Positions 9,993 through 19,932 of a stretch of 64,000 nt of DNA are shown here, piece after piece. Position 1 is the stretch's first letter; the number at the start of each line of letters is the position of its first letter. The notes below the pieces were generated by a model that made no database searches, was not told the origin of the DNA, and saw only the letters and a program-made list of their open reading frames with translations. This DNA is from an uncultured Thermoplasmatales archaeon (GTDB taxonomy: Archaea; Thermoplasmatota; E2; DHVEG-1), in assembly GCA_964581795.1 (NCBI GenBank), contig CAZOPW010000001.1, positions 8,359-72,358 of the forward strand, in the 5' to 3' direction. Position numbers and translations under genes: made by a program.

Positions 9993-10049
9993 ACCATTAA
10001 CATGCACTTAAAAAAGAATGAAAAATAAATCTGATGGGATGATTAATTT

Positions 10050-10496
10050 ATGGGATTTAGCGTAACCGGTTCACACGTAGTATTCTTCATTGCTTCAGTT
10101 ATTGCAGCTGGTGCGGTATCTGGAGTTTTTCTTGCAGTGACATTTAATTTGAATACGAGTTTTTCCGAACGCGGAGATCGAGTCCAGGAAGTATTAGATA
10201 CAGAATTTGCCATAATTAACGATCCAGACCATATTCCTACTTCAGGTACCGACTATTTATTTTATATAAAGAATCTTGGGGCAAAACAGTTAGTAACTAC
10301 GGACGAAATTTTTACCATTTTTGTTGATGGAGAAGTTGTTACATCAGATAGTTATAATTTTTCAGTTGAAAAAATCAAACCTGGCGAGATTTCAACGATG
10401 TACATTGATTCAGCAATGATTGGAACAGGTTCACAAACGATTCGTGTTGTTGGACCCCAATCTGTTGTAGATGAATTTATATTCACTACTCCCTAA
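10050..10496 (+). CDS. flaG: Archaellum protein FlaG
   Basis: N-terminal hydrophobic helix (VVFFIASVIAAGAVSGVFLAV), ~150 aa, located between flaF and flaH. Confidence 0.6.
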   Translation: MGFSVTGSHVVFFIASVIAAGAVSGVFLAVTFNLNTSFSERGDRVQEVLDTEFAIINDPDHIPTSGTDYLFYIKNLGAKQLVTTDEIFTIFVDGEVVTSDSYNFSVEKIKPGEISTMYIDSAMIGTGSQTIRVVGPQSVVDEFIFTTP

Positions 10497-10525
10497 TTTA
10501 ATAAATTTATTGGAGATCTATTGGG

Positions 10526-11248
10526 ATGTCTGACTTAAGTAAAACAAAATCATTAGTCCTTGAGCGGAATGGGGAGAAAGATGGTTTTGCTGAACGATTT
10601 GGTCAAGAAATACCTGATGGATCATTCATTTTTCTAGAGGGAAAAGAGGGTGCTGGAAAAAGTATTTTTTGTCAACGGTTTGGTTATAGTTTTCTAAAGC
10701 AGGGGCATACATGTACATATATTTCAACACAGTATAGTGTGAAAAGTTTTTTGAGGCAAACAGCTTCAGTTGGTTATGATACAAGAAAATTTCTTATGAG
10801 TGGAAAGTTATTTTTTATATCTACTGAAGTTACACTCGCTGAACCAAAACCAAAGCATACATTTTTAGATGCTTTAACCACAACTAAAAAAATTTTTGAT
10901 CCAGAAATCATTTTTATTGATTCCCTTTCAACACTTTTAAATGAAAGTTTGAATAGAAAGAATCTCGTCGATTTAACAAGTTTCTTTAACAGATTGAAAG
11001 GGTCGGGTAAAATTATCATGGTGACAGCTAATCCCAATGATTGGGATAAAGAGATCCACAGTACGTTTCAGATGAACTGTGATATTCATTATCGAGTGGC
11101 TCAAGAAAACATGCCAGGTATTGGATTAGTCTATAAATTTTACATTGAAAAATTCAATGGTGCACGTAATAGATATGAACCTGCAACTACATTTAAAGTT
11201 CAACCGGGAGCGGGACTAACCATTGAAACAAGTGGTGTCGCATTCTAA
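10526..11248 (+). CDS. flaH: Archaellum protein FlaH (RecA/KaiC-like ATP-binding)
   Basis: Walker A GKEGAGKS; ~240 aa; immediately upstream of flaI. Confidence 0.8.
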   Translation: MSDLSKTKSLVLERNGEKDGFAERFGQEIPDGSFIFLEGKEGAGKSIFCQRFGYSFLKQGHTCTYISTQYSVKSFLRQTASVGYDTRKFLMSGKLFFISTEVTLAEPKPKHTFLDALTTTKKIFDPEIIFIDSLSTLLNESLNRKNLVDLTSFFNRLKGSGKIIMVTANPNDWDKEIHSTFQMNCDIHYRVAQENMPGIGLVYKFYIEKFNGARNRYEPATTFKVQPGAGLTIETSGVAF

Positions 11249-11260
11249 GGAGATTAGATT

Positions 11261-12892
11261 ATGACTAAGATGGATTCAGATGAGGAAAAACAATTAATTG
11301 AAAATAATCCGCATTTGAAAAAATATATTGATAACATCTCCTTGAAAATGAGTAAACCAACGTTTTATGTAAAAATTCCAAAAGAGGAAAAAGAAAATAA
11401 ATTCCCTAATCTTATTTATCCTACAAAAGGAATAGTATTTATCCATATGTATAGGACTCCAGAAATGGAGCAAATTGAATATCATGCAGTTGAACCAAAA
11501 TTAACTAATGATCAAATAAAAAAGCGTAATGCAGTTCTTGAACGAATGTATGAAAAAGCTCATTTTTATGCAAATATCAAAAGTCCTGACGATTTAAGAA
11601 AAGCTATCAGTACACTACTTGATAATATAACAGTAGTTGATGAATCAGCAACTTCACTTGATGAAGAAAAAAAAAGAGGGAAAATTAGGTTAACAAGTGA
11701 AGATAAAATCGCGATTAAATATGATATAACAAAAGAAATCATTGGTGGAGGACCACTTGAACCATTAATGCGTGATCCCAATATCGAAGATATACATATT
11801 TTAACAGGCGAAGATGTTCATTTAATCCATAAAGTGTTTGATTTAGTCCGAACTAATATTTACATTGATCCGAATTGGGCAAATTCTTTTTCCCAAGATT
11901 TCAGTGAAAAAATTGGAAGTCCCGTTAGTGACGGTGTACCAATCGCTGATGGCACACTTCCAGATGGAAGTCGTGTCAATATTATCCATCCAAATGATGT
12001 TAGTTTAAAAGGACCAAGTATGACGGTTCGAAAATTTAGTGAAACACCGATAAGTATCACGCAAATCATTAATTGGGGGACGATGAGTAGCTACATTGCT
12101 GCATATATTTGGATTGCTGTTCAATATGGAAGAAGTTTTTTTGTGTGTGGTGAAACAGCATCCGGAAAAACAACGACAACAAATGCAGTTATTCCCTTTA
12201 TTCCCCCAGATAGAAAAATTTACTCAGCGGAAAACACTCCTGAAGTTCAAGTGCCTCATCCTGTTTGGCAGCAATTACTTACAAGGACAACTGGGCCAAA
12301 AGAAAGCCATGTTGATTTAAACGATTTATTAAAAGCAGCATTACGATCTCGTCCAAATTATATTATACCTGGTGAAACCAGAGGCATCGAAGGACGAGTA
12401 GTGTTTCAAGCGATGCAAACTGGCCACCCTTGTATCACTACATTTCACGCTGGATCAGTAACAAAAGTTATCCAACGATTTACTGGTGATCCAATTCGTA
12501 TCCCTAAACCTTTCATGGACAATCTTGATTTTGTTATCATTCAGTTAGCAGTTGACAGAAAAGGAAAACGATTACGGCGAGTGATTTCTGTTGATGAAAT
12601 AGAAGGATATAATTCAGCTGTGGATGGTGTGATTACACGGAAAGCGTTCGAATGGAATTCCGCTTCAGATCAACATATGTTTAAGGCAAATCGAAATAGT
12701 TACATTTTAGAAGATCGTATTGCAAAGACTGCAGGATATGAAAATCCAACTGAAATTTATGATGAGCTTGATTTGCGGAAGCGGATTTTAGATCGAATGA
12801 TTGAAGAAAAAATCTTTGATTATTATGAAGTCGTTCAATTTATTTGGACGTATTTTAGAGAAGGCGTTGATGGTCTTCCAATAACCATATAA
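11261..12892 (+). CDS. flaI: Archaellum assembly/motor ATPase FlaI (type II/IV secretion ATPase superfamily), paralog 1
   Basis: Walker A GETASGKTTTTNA; conserved SFFVCGETASGKTT and RSRPNYIIPGETRG regions; 543 aa. Confidence 0.85.
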   Translation: MTKMDSDEEKQLIENNPHLKKYIDNISLKMSKPTFYVKIPKEEKENKFPNLIYPTKGIVFIHMYRTPEMEQIEYHAVEPKLTNDQIKKRNAVLERMYEKAHFYANIKSPDDLRKAISTLLDNITVVDESATSLDEEKKRGKIRLTSEDKIAIKYDITKEIIGGGPLEPLMRDPNIEDIHILTGEDVHLIHKVFDLVRTNIYIDPNWANSFSQDFSEKIGSPVSDGVPIADGTLPDGSRVNIIHPNDVSLKGPSMTVRKFSETPISITQIINWGTMSSYIAAYIWIAVQYGRSFFVCGETASGKTTTTNAVIPFIPPDRKIYSAENTPEVQVPHPVWQQLLTRTTGPKESHVDLNDLLKAALRSRPNYIIPGETRGIEGRVVFQAMQTGHPCITTFHAGSVTKVIQRFTGDPIRIPKPFMDNLDFVIIQLAVDRKGKRLRRVISVDEIEGYNSAVDGVITRKAFEWNSASDQHMFKANRNSYILEDRIAKTAGYENPTEIYDELDLRKRILDRMIEEKIFDYYEVVQFIWTYFREGVDGLPITI

Positions 12893-12921
12893 ATAAAGAA
12901 ATATTACAAATATGCGATGGG

Positions 12922-14598
12922 GTGGACTTGTTGGCTGATGACGACAAAATGACTGAGGAAGAAATTCAAGAATTGATTGATAAACATCCTCATCTTCAAA
13001 CATATTTAAAAAATATTGAAGTAAAGATGAAACGGCCTGAGTTTTTCAAAAAAATTCCGAAATCCAAAGAAAGTGAAGAATTTCCAAATCTAATTTACCC
13101 AACAAAAGGATCAGTTTTTATTCACATATACCGGCTTCCTGAAATGGATGAACGTATTTATCAGTCTATTGAACCTGAACTTGATGATGAAGCGGAAAAA
13201 AAATTCAAAGATATGTTGAAGATAATTGTAAAAAAAGCACCAGAGAAAAAAAGTGCTGTTTCTGACGATGAATTAAAAGAAATTTTTATTGAACTTATGA
13301 ATGAAATCATCGAGATTGATGAAAACGCATACTCTTATGAACCATTAGAAAAGAAAGGGTTGTTTAACAAACAGAAAATGGCAACAAAGATTAAAGCTAC
13401 TTCACCGCAAAAAGAAGCAATGAAATATTCTCTTATTAAGGAACAAATTGGTGGGGGACCACTAGAACCCTTTATGCGAGATATCTACTTGGAAGATATT
13501 CATATTATTGCTGGCGAAAATGTGCACGCAATTCATAAAGTATTTGATATGATTAAAACAAATATTTTGATTCCAAAAGAAGAATCATTTGTTTTTGCTC
13601 GGAAATTAAGTGAAAAGATGGGTGCTGCAGTAAGTGAAGCTCAACCAATTGTAGATGCTACGATGCCAGATGGCAGTCGAGGAAATTTAATTTATCCTGA
13701 ATCAGTAAGTATTAAAGGACCAAGTATTACTATTCGTAAATTTGCCGAAACCCCGATAAGTATCACGCAAATCATAAATTGGGGAACATTAAGTAGTGGA
13801 ATTGGAGCATATCTTTGGCTTGCATTACAATACGGGAGAAGTTTTTTTGTTTGTGGGGAAACCGCATCGGGAAAAACAACGACAACTAATGCAGTCATCC
13901 CATTCATACCTCCAGATAAAAAAGTTTACACTGCAGAAAATACTCCAGAACTTCATGTTCCTCATACTGTATGGCAGCAGTTATTAACTCGAACCGCAGA
14001 TACAGAAGAGGGGAGTGTTGACTTATTCGATTTATTAAAAGCAGCATTACGATCTCGTCCCGACTATATTATCCCCGGTGAAACTCGTGGTGCTGAGGGA
14101 AGTGTTGTTTTTCAAGCGATGCAAACTGGCCACCCTTGTATCACTACATTTCACGCTGGATCAGTAACAAAAGTTATCCAACGATTTACCGGCGATCCAA
14201 TCAATGTTCCAAAATCATTTATGGACAACCTTGATTTTGTGTTAATTCAAATGGCTGTGGAACGGAAAGGTCAACGTCTTCGTCGAGTACTTTCAGTTGA
14301 TGAAATCGAGGGATATAACAAAGCAGTCGATGGAGTAATGTCTCGGACTGCATTTGAATGGAAATCTGCTGAAGATCAACACCTGTTTCGAGCGAATAGA
14401 AATAGTTACATGCTTGAAGAACGCATTGCAAAGACTGCCGGTTATGAGGATCCCGCTGAAATTTATGAGGAATATGAATTACGCAAACACATCCTTGATA
14501 GAATGGTGGAAGAACAAATTTTTGATTACTACGAGGTATGTCAATTCATTTGGACTTTTTATCGAGAAGGGATTGAAGCTTTACCCATTTCGATTTAA
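12922..14598 (+). CDS. flaI: Second tandem FlaI-family ATPase paralog (558 aa)
   Basis: Same architecture and Walker A (GETASGKTTTTNA). About 60% identity to paralog 1 with a divergent N-terminal third. Contains an 80-bp stretch 100% identical to paralog 1 (14110..14189 vs 12404..12483). Confidence 0.8.
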   Translation: MDLLADDDKMTEEEIQELIDKHPHLQTYLKNIEVKMKRPEFFKKIPKSKESEEFPNLIYPTKGSVFIHIYRLPEMDERIYQSIEPELDDEAEKKFKDMLKIIVKKAPEKKSAVSDDELKEIFIELMNEIIEIDENAYSYEPLEKKGLFNKQKMATKIKATSPQKEAMKYSLIKEQIGGGPLEPFMRDIYLEDIHIIAGENVHAIHKVFDMIKTNILIPKEESFVFARKLSEKMGAAVSEAQPIVDATMPDGSRGNLIYPESVSIKGPSITIRKFAETPISITQIINWGTLSSGIGAYLWLALQYGRSFFVCGETASGKTTTTNAVIPFIPPDKKVYTAENTPELHVPHTVWQQLLTRTADTEEGSVDLFDLLKAALRSRPDYIIPGETRGAEGSVVFQAMQTGHPCITTFHAGSVTKVIQRFTGDPINVPKSFMDNLDFVLIQMAVERKGQRLRRVLSVDEIEGYNKAVDGVMSRTAFEWKSAEDQHLFRANRNSYMLEERIAKTAGYEDPAEIYEEYELRKHILDRMVEEQIFDYYEVCQFIWTFYREGIEALPISI

Positions 14599-14617
14599 TA
14601 CTTTTGGTTGAGCTAAA

Positions 14618-16372
14618 ATGGCGAAAAAAAAGGAAAAAAGAAACAAAAAAAAACATGAGTTTCTTGATGAACTCAAGGTTTCTTACCGTTTAATAGAAAA
14701 TAAAAAAAAGTTTTATACGACAGTATTACTTCCTTTCATATTCCTTGGAATATTAGTTTTTACTCTTCCTTTTTTGCTCCCTGTTTTTCTTCCAGTACCC
14801 GTTTCTTTTCATCCTGCTACATTTATTATTGGCGGTATTGTCCCTATTATTCTTGGTATTTTCTATCCTTATATTACATTTAAAAATAAAGAAACAGAAA
14901 TTGATAGTAACATGCATTTTTTTATCACACACCTCCGAGTTCTAGCAATTTCAGATCTTTCTTTAAAAGATATTCTAAACGTACTTGGTGGAAAAAAGGT
15001 ATATCAAAGCTTAGGTGAAGAAATCAAAAAAGTATCAATCCTCTCTACTCAATGGCGTTATCCAATGGCTAGTACACTTCATTTCGTTGCACTTAGGACA
15101 CCAAGTAAAATTCTAAAGGATTTTTTAGATCGATTCTCACAGAGTTTAGATAGTGGAGTTGAACATCGAGAATTCGTTGAAACTGAACAAGAAGCAGTTA
15201 TGCAAGATTATAAAACAATGTATGAAACAAGCAATGAAAACATCGTTATTTTAAACGAAGTGTATGTTAGTATGCTCATTGCGATTATTTTTGTAATGAG
15301 TTTTGGTATTGTATTACCAATAATTATGGGCGCTGAAAGTATGACAACGTATACGTATCTTTCTTCGTTCATGCTAATTGTTGCTGAGGGATTATTATTA
15401 TATTTATTAAAATCAATCATTCCTGAAGATTATATCTGGCATCAATCTGGTGAAAAAAGTGAATTGCAAAAAAAGATGACTAAATGGTTTACAAATTCAA
15501 TATTGCTTTCAATCATAATAGGTTCAGCTTTATTATACGCTAATTTTTCATTAAATCTGCCTGTGATTGCAGATCTCCCATTGGAAATACTTATTGCATT
15601 TGCGTTTTCTCCCTTGTTATTAGTAGGAGTGAAAACTATAATTGAGGAGGAAAATATATCAAGGAAAGAAAAAAATTTTCTTGGATTTTTAACAGGACTC
15701 GGATCTATTGCAACCATGAAAGGAGGGAAAGTGACCGAATCGGTTTACTATTTAAGTAGAAAGGATTACGGCATATTATCTAAATATATTCGCAGTTTAT
15801 ATAGACGTTTACGAACTCGAATTGATGATAATGCAGCATGGCAATGGTTTGGAGTTGATACAAATAGTAATTTCATTCAACGATCGAGTGAAATGTTTCG
15901 TGAAGCAACTTATGCAGCCGCAAATCCAACCAAGGTTACAAAAATGATCGCTGAAAACATGAGGAAAATCCTTGATCTTCGTAAAAAAAAGTTTTCCATT
16001 GTAAACACATCTATTGCATTATTCGGCGGTATCACTTTTGGTATTTCTTTTTCAATTTACGTTTCACTTGTCATTAGCAGACATTTAAATGATATCGTTT
16101 TAGAAACAGGAGACCCTTTTAGTCAACTAGACGGTATTAACATTGGAACACTCCTCTATACTGTTCCTCCTGAAACATATAATTTTATAGTATTAATCAT
16201 TTTTTTAGTGTTAATTATTCACTCTTTTATACTTGCTTACACCATAAAAGTAATCCGAGGAAGTCATACATATCTCACTTTTTTGTATTTTGTTCCATTC
16301 GTATGGATTATTTCTTTAACAAGTTGGGTTGTAGATATCTTTATTAGAGGAATGCTTACAGGCACACCTTAA
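14618..16372 (+). CDS. flaJ: Archaellum polytopic membrane platform protein FlaJ (TadC/GspF-like)
   Basis: 584 aa, multiple TM helices with large cytoplasmic loops; last gene of the operon after flaI. Confidence 0.8.
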   Translation: MAKKKEKRNKKKHEFLDELKVSYRLIENKKKFYTTVLLPFIFLGILVFTLPFLLPVFLPVPVSFHPATFIIGGIVPIILGIFYPYITFKNKETEIDSNMHFFITHLRVLAISDLSLKDILNVLGGKKVYQSLGEEIKKVSILSTQWRYPMASTLHFVALRTPSKILKDFLDRFSQSLDSGVEHREFVETEQEAVMQDYKTMYETSNENIVILNEVYVSMLIAIIFVMSFGIVLPIIMGAESMTTYTYLSSFMLIVAEGLLLYLLKSIIPEDYIWHQSGEKSELQKKMTKWFTNSILLSIIIGSALLYANFSLNLPVIADLPLEILIAFAFSPLLLVGVKTIIEEENISRKEKNFLGFLTGLGSIATMKGGKVTESVYYLSRKDYGILSKYIRSLYRRLRTRIDDNAAWQWFGVDTNSNFIQRSSEMFREATYAAANPTKVTKMIAENMRKILDLRKKKFSIVNTSIALFGGITFGISFSIYVSLVISRHLNDIVLETGDPFSQLDGINIGTLLYTVPPETYNFIVLIIFLVLIIHSFILAYTIKVIRGSHTYLTFLYFVPFVWIISLTSWVVDIFIRGMLTGTP

Positions 16373-16424
16373 CAATTAAGGAATTTTAATTTATATTTTT
16401 TCAAAAAAATAATGTATCTTATTA

Positions 16425-17081
16425 CTATAAATCAATAATTGTTTCTGTATAAGTTGAAGGGGTTGTGAAATCAAAAATTGCTGATATTCCTTGTTCAGGA
16501 ACGATTTTTCCCGAAACTGAGGATCTTGGTGCTATCCCTTCAAAACAAGCAGTTGTATTAACCAAAATACCAATCAGATCATTTCGATTTATGGAAGGAG
16601 TATCAACAGTGCAACTATTATCATTATCTCGAATTACTAAAACACCAAACTCCGTATTGCTTAAATTGCTCGTATTCAATGTTTGAAACAATCCATTTGT
16701 CACAGTTGTAGAAAAACTCTCATTATCAAATAAAAGAATTGGCATTTTTTGAGAATCAGATATTTGAAGACGTGCTTCACTTAAATCAATTGCTTCAGAT
16801 CCTGCAGTTGTTTTAACAAAAAAACAAAGCTGGGCGATCGATTCATTTGAAACATAACCACTCACATGAGTTAATCTCAGACCAGATGAAATATCTTTTA
16901 TTGTTTCCTGGCTTGTCTGCAATGCTTGTTGTTGCATAGAGTCCATTGTTTGAAATACAACAGATGCAGCAACTCCCGCGGAAATAATCATAGCAATAAA
17001 AATAATTAATGATCCAATTCCAATTGAAGCATGATCTTCAGTAGAGAACACACCCCCAGAGTATACTATTACCTTTCTCAC
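16425..17081 (-). CDS. flaB: Archaellin (FlaB family), 218 aa, divergent paralog
   Basis: Class III signal peptide / archaellin N-terminus HASIGIGSLIIFIAMIISAGVAASVVF. Confidence 0.85.
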   Translation of the reverse strand: MRKVIVYSGGVFSTEDHASIGIGSLIIFIAMIISAGVAASVVFQTMDSMQQQALQTSQETIKDISSGLRLTHVSGYVSNESIAQLCFFVKTTAGSEAIDLSEARLQISDSQKMPILLFDNESFSTTVTNGLFQTLNTSNLSNTEFGVLVIRDNDNSCTVDTPSINRNDLIGILVNTTACFEGIAPRSSVSGKIVPEQGISAIFDFTTPSTYTETIIDL

Positions 17082-17273
17082 CTCCTAGCAATGATGTGAG
17101 TGGTTCAATTAACTTATTTTAAGAACCCATCCAATGAGAAGGTAATACAGTAAGCAGGTTATAAATCTATGGTTAAAACAAAAAATAGAACAATAAAAAA
17201 AAATGAAAAAAATCAAAAGGAGGGATGTTTTTTCCAATCTCTTAAAAAGAGAGTGGAAGAAATGACATCTCTC

Positions 17274-18018
17274 TATTATTGTAGTTTATAGATTTGATCA
17301 ACGTATGTCATTGGTGTAGTAAACGAAATCACACCAGGTGACCCAATCTCAGGAATCACACGACCAAACACATCTGTTCGTGGTGGAAGTTGTGCATCAA
17401 ACAAATATGAAGTATTTGTACAAATATACAAAATCGCTTTATCCCCACGATTCAACACGGGATTACTCGCAGTAATCGAACTATCTTCATCCTGCAACAC
17501 ACCAATCGCAAACGTTTCAGCACCAGTCGTATTCCAATGATCTTCACCAATATCAAACATATCACCAGTCACATCACCAACAAAGGAAATATTGCCATCA
17601 CCAGTATCTGTCGCATTAGTATAGTTATAACGTACCAATGATTTTGTAGCACCGTTACTAATCAAGATATAAGTATTATTCAGATCGATATCATCCGAAC
17701 CTGGTCGAACCTTCACCACAACAGCAAGCCGAGACAAATTCTCAAGCTCAGTACTATTGGATTCATTTCGAACCCATCCAGAAACCTCAAAAACAGAAAT
17801 ACCACTACTCACCTCTTTCCGAGTTTTCTGGCCAGTACTCAACGCCTGAATCTGCACGGTATTGCTTGTAGAAACCAAAACCGATGCAGCAATACCTGCA
17901 ACCAAAACCATTGCAATAAACACAATCATTGCACCAATACCAATAGCAGCTTCATGATCTCGAATAAAATTCTTAACAAACATTCTCATTTCTATTCACC
18001 TCCTTATTGCAACTCCAT
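17274..18018. repeat. 745-bp perfect direct repeat, copy 1 (covers flaB-237 gene plus junction to the upstream archaellin gene)
   Basis: Nucleotide-identical to 19933..20677 by direct comparison of both ends and of the encoded proteins. Confidence 0.85.
17276..17989 (-). CDS. flaB: Archaellin (FlaB family), 237 aa, copy 1 of an identical pair
   Basis: AAIGIGAMIVFIAMVLVAGIAASVLV N-terminus. Protein 100% identical to the 19935..20648 ORF. Confidence 0.9.
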   Translation of the reverse strand: MRMFVKNFIRDHEAAIGIGAMIVFIAMVLVAGIAASVLVSTSNTVQIQALSTGQKTRKEVSSGISVFEVSGWVRNESNSTELENLSRLAVVVKVRPGSDDIDLNNTYILISNGATKSLVRYNYTNATDTGDGNISFVGDVTGDMFDIGEDHWNTTGAETFAIGVLQDEDSSITASNPVLNRGDKAILYICTNTSYLFDAQLPPRTDVFGRVIPEIGSPGVISFTTPMTYVDQIYKLQ

Positions 18019-18699
18019 TACATCATCAATATAAGAAGCGGGGGTTGTAAAACCAACAATTCCTGGTGAACCTTCCTCACAGACGACAATACCAGATACA
18101 TCAGTTCTTGGAAGTAATCCACCAAATACTTCGTCTGTATTTATTCCTAAAATCACGTGATCTCCAAAATTAATAATTGGATTGTCTCTTGTGCATGAAT
18201 CATCAGCATCATTTAAAACAATTACACTGAATGAATTTGCACTACCATATGTGCCACTGCCAAATACATCTCCGTTTACATTCGAAGAGTTAGTGTATGT
18301 ATCATCTGATCTCTCGTATGCTAATATATATTTCTCTGATGAATCTGATATTTCAATTATTGTTTCATGTAAATCAATATCTGGAGATCCTGCTTTTGAA
18401 GTTATCTCTATAGCCATTTTATCAATTGAACCAGAAGTATTATGACCTTCAATAGCTTCAACTTTCAATCCACTTGCTACTTCTGCGATAGTCTCCTGAC
18501 CAGTTTTTAACGCCTGCATTTCCAACCGCGTACTTGTTTGGATAAGTACAGATGCGGCAATACCTGCCACAAGAACCATGGCAATAAAAATAATCATTGC
18601 ACCTATCCCAATTGCTGCGGTATCTATCTTTAAATTCTTTCCTAATTTTCTACATCCCATCATCGGAACATCCCTCCTAAAAGTTACGTCTTGTAACAA
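18004..18699 (-). CDS. flaB: Archaellin (FlaB family), 231 aa
   Basis: AAIGIGAMIIFIAMVLVAGIAASVLI N-terminus; close paralog of 20663..21319. Confidence 0.9.
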   Translation of the reverse strand: MLQDVTFRRDVPMMGCRKLGKNLKIDTAAIGIGAMIIFIAMVLVAGIAASVLIQTSTRLEMQALKTGQETIAEVASGLKVEAIEGHNTSGSIDKMAIEITSKAGSPDIDLHETIIEISDSSEKYILAYERSDDTYTNSSNVNGDVFGSGTYGSANSFSVIVLNDADDSCTRDNPIINFGDHVILGINTDEVFGGLLPRTDVSGIVVCEEGSPGIVGFTTPASYIDDVMELQ

Positions 18700-18775
18700 T
18701 TAGGTTGTTTCTATCAACAATAAAACAAACGGTCTTATTATACCTTTTTTTTAGATAGCAATACAAGTGTTAAGG

Positions 18776-18799
18776 CAAATGCATATGCATATGAATATG
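18776..18799. promoter_or_regulatory. Tandem hexamer array (CAAATG CATATG CATATG AATATG) abutting TATA box of the 18699 archaellin promoter
   Basis: Same 6-bp periodic CANNTG-type repeat family. TATA-like GGTATAATAAG immediately downstream (gene strand). AGGAGGG SD before the ATG. Confidence 0.5.
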
Positions 18800-18858
18800 T
18801 TAAAAATCAAGAAATGAATTTTGTCTTGTTATAAAAAGGGTAAATATAGAGTCAATTG

Positions 18859-19843
18859 TGTAGTACGAATATTATTTCGTTTTTTCTTTTTCATATTTTC
18901 AACTCCATAAAATATCCTAAAAGACAACTTGGATCTAATTTTCTCATCAATGCCTCTGCAGGGTTCTCTCCGATCTCTAACCAGAGAGATCCATGTAACC
19001 GATGGTTATACCATTGAAGGAATTCTTCAATGGTGTCAAAACGCCATCGGTGCTTATCATATTCAAACCAGAATCGTTCCACTTTCCCATTGGTTTGAGG
19101 ATTATTCCTGCGAGAGGGAACAAAGTTGATATCATTTTGTTCCAGGAATTCCTGAAATTGTGATTTGCTCTTCGGATGATTTGAGTAAAACTGGGTACCT
19201 CGATCCGTGTTCACATCCTTGATGAATGCATGAAACAGATGACTGTGATCAATCACCTTTTGAAAAGTATCAATACTATGCCTTGCAGTTGCTTCAGGAT
19301 ACTCTGCTCCATGAAAGATGTATCGTGATGCATCATCCATCCAGACAATGGCATGTGGATGATCCACTGAGGTACGATGCCAGTCACCATGGATCAATGA
19401 AAAACTATGATCACGTTCATACCGGCGACGTTTCCGTTTCTTCTGTTTATTCGGATTTGGAATCGTTCTTTTCTTCTTCAGGAAATACTTATGGATCTTA
19501 TGATGTGGAATATGATGCCCTCTTCGTTTCAATTCATGAAAAAGAAGACGAGCTCCGAACCGTGTTTCCTACCAACTTGATCAATGATCTCCTTTTCCGT
19601 TGGAGTAAGTGGTTTTCCTCTTGGTCGTCTCCTCGGGTTCAAACAGGGAGGTTTTCCTGTTTTGCTTATATTCCTTTACTAATTGCTGAATCCTCCGGAT
19701 GCTTACTTCATAATGTCGAGCTAATCGTTCTGTGGTCCAATCTTTATCTTCCACTGCATGTTTGCAGATGTTCCTTATTTTCTTGTCTGTAAGCTTTGTC
19801 ACATCAGCATGTAATCTAAAGCGAAATAATTTTCATACTCTAC
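18859..19843 (-). mobile_element. IS481-like insertion sequence (~985 bp) inserted between the duplicated archaellin units
   Basis: rve/DDE-type transposase ORFs. Imperfect terminal inverted repeats: TGTAGTACGAATATTATTTCG at 18859..18879 versus the reverse complement of GCGAAATAATTTTCATACTCTACA at 19821..19843. Confidence 0.6.
18891..19802 (-). pseudogene. IS481/IS3-like DDE (rve) transposase with N-terminal HTH, interrupted by two in-frame stops
   Basis: HTH segment (TTERLARHYEVSIRRIQQLVKEY). rve motifs TDRGTQF and NPQTNGKVERF. The two ORF pieces are in the same frame, separated by TGA (19581..19583) and TAG (19569..19571). Confidence 0.6.
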
Positions 19844-19932
19844 AAAATATAGAATCAATAAAAAAAGATTTAAAGAAATAAAAAAGTGAAGGGTTCCAAA
19901 AGGATTGGTTTCGGAGTGCCCTTTTTTCAATT

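Noticed and set aside
12922-14598. Second FlaI copy as a sequencing/assembly duplication artefact
   Set aside because: The two genes differ at most positions (only short identical tracts) and the N-terminal domains are clearly different, so they are genuine paralogs rather than a collapsed or duplicated read artefact.
19565-19585. Possible programmed recoding (selenocysteine, pyrrolysine or frameshift) in the IS transposase
   Set aside because: Both ORF segments are in the same frame, so it is not a -1/+1 frameshift site. Two different stop codons (TGA and TAG) occur within four codons, and no slippery heptamer is apparent. A decayed pseudogene is the simpler explanation.
19885-19925. GC-richer segment GGGTTCCAAAAGGATTGGTTTCGGAGTGCCC downstream of the duplicated archaellin gene as a hairpin terminator or small RNA
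   Set aside because: No self-complementary stem of useful length could be found. It is more likely just the 3' UTR followed by T-tracts.
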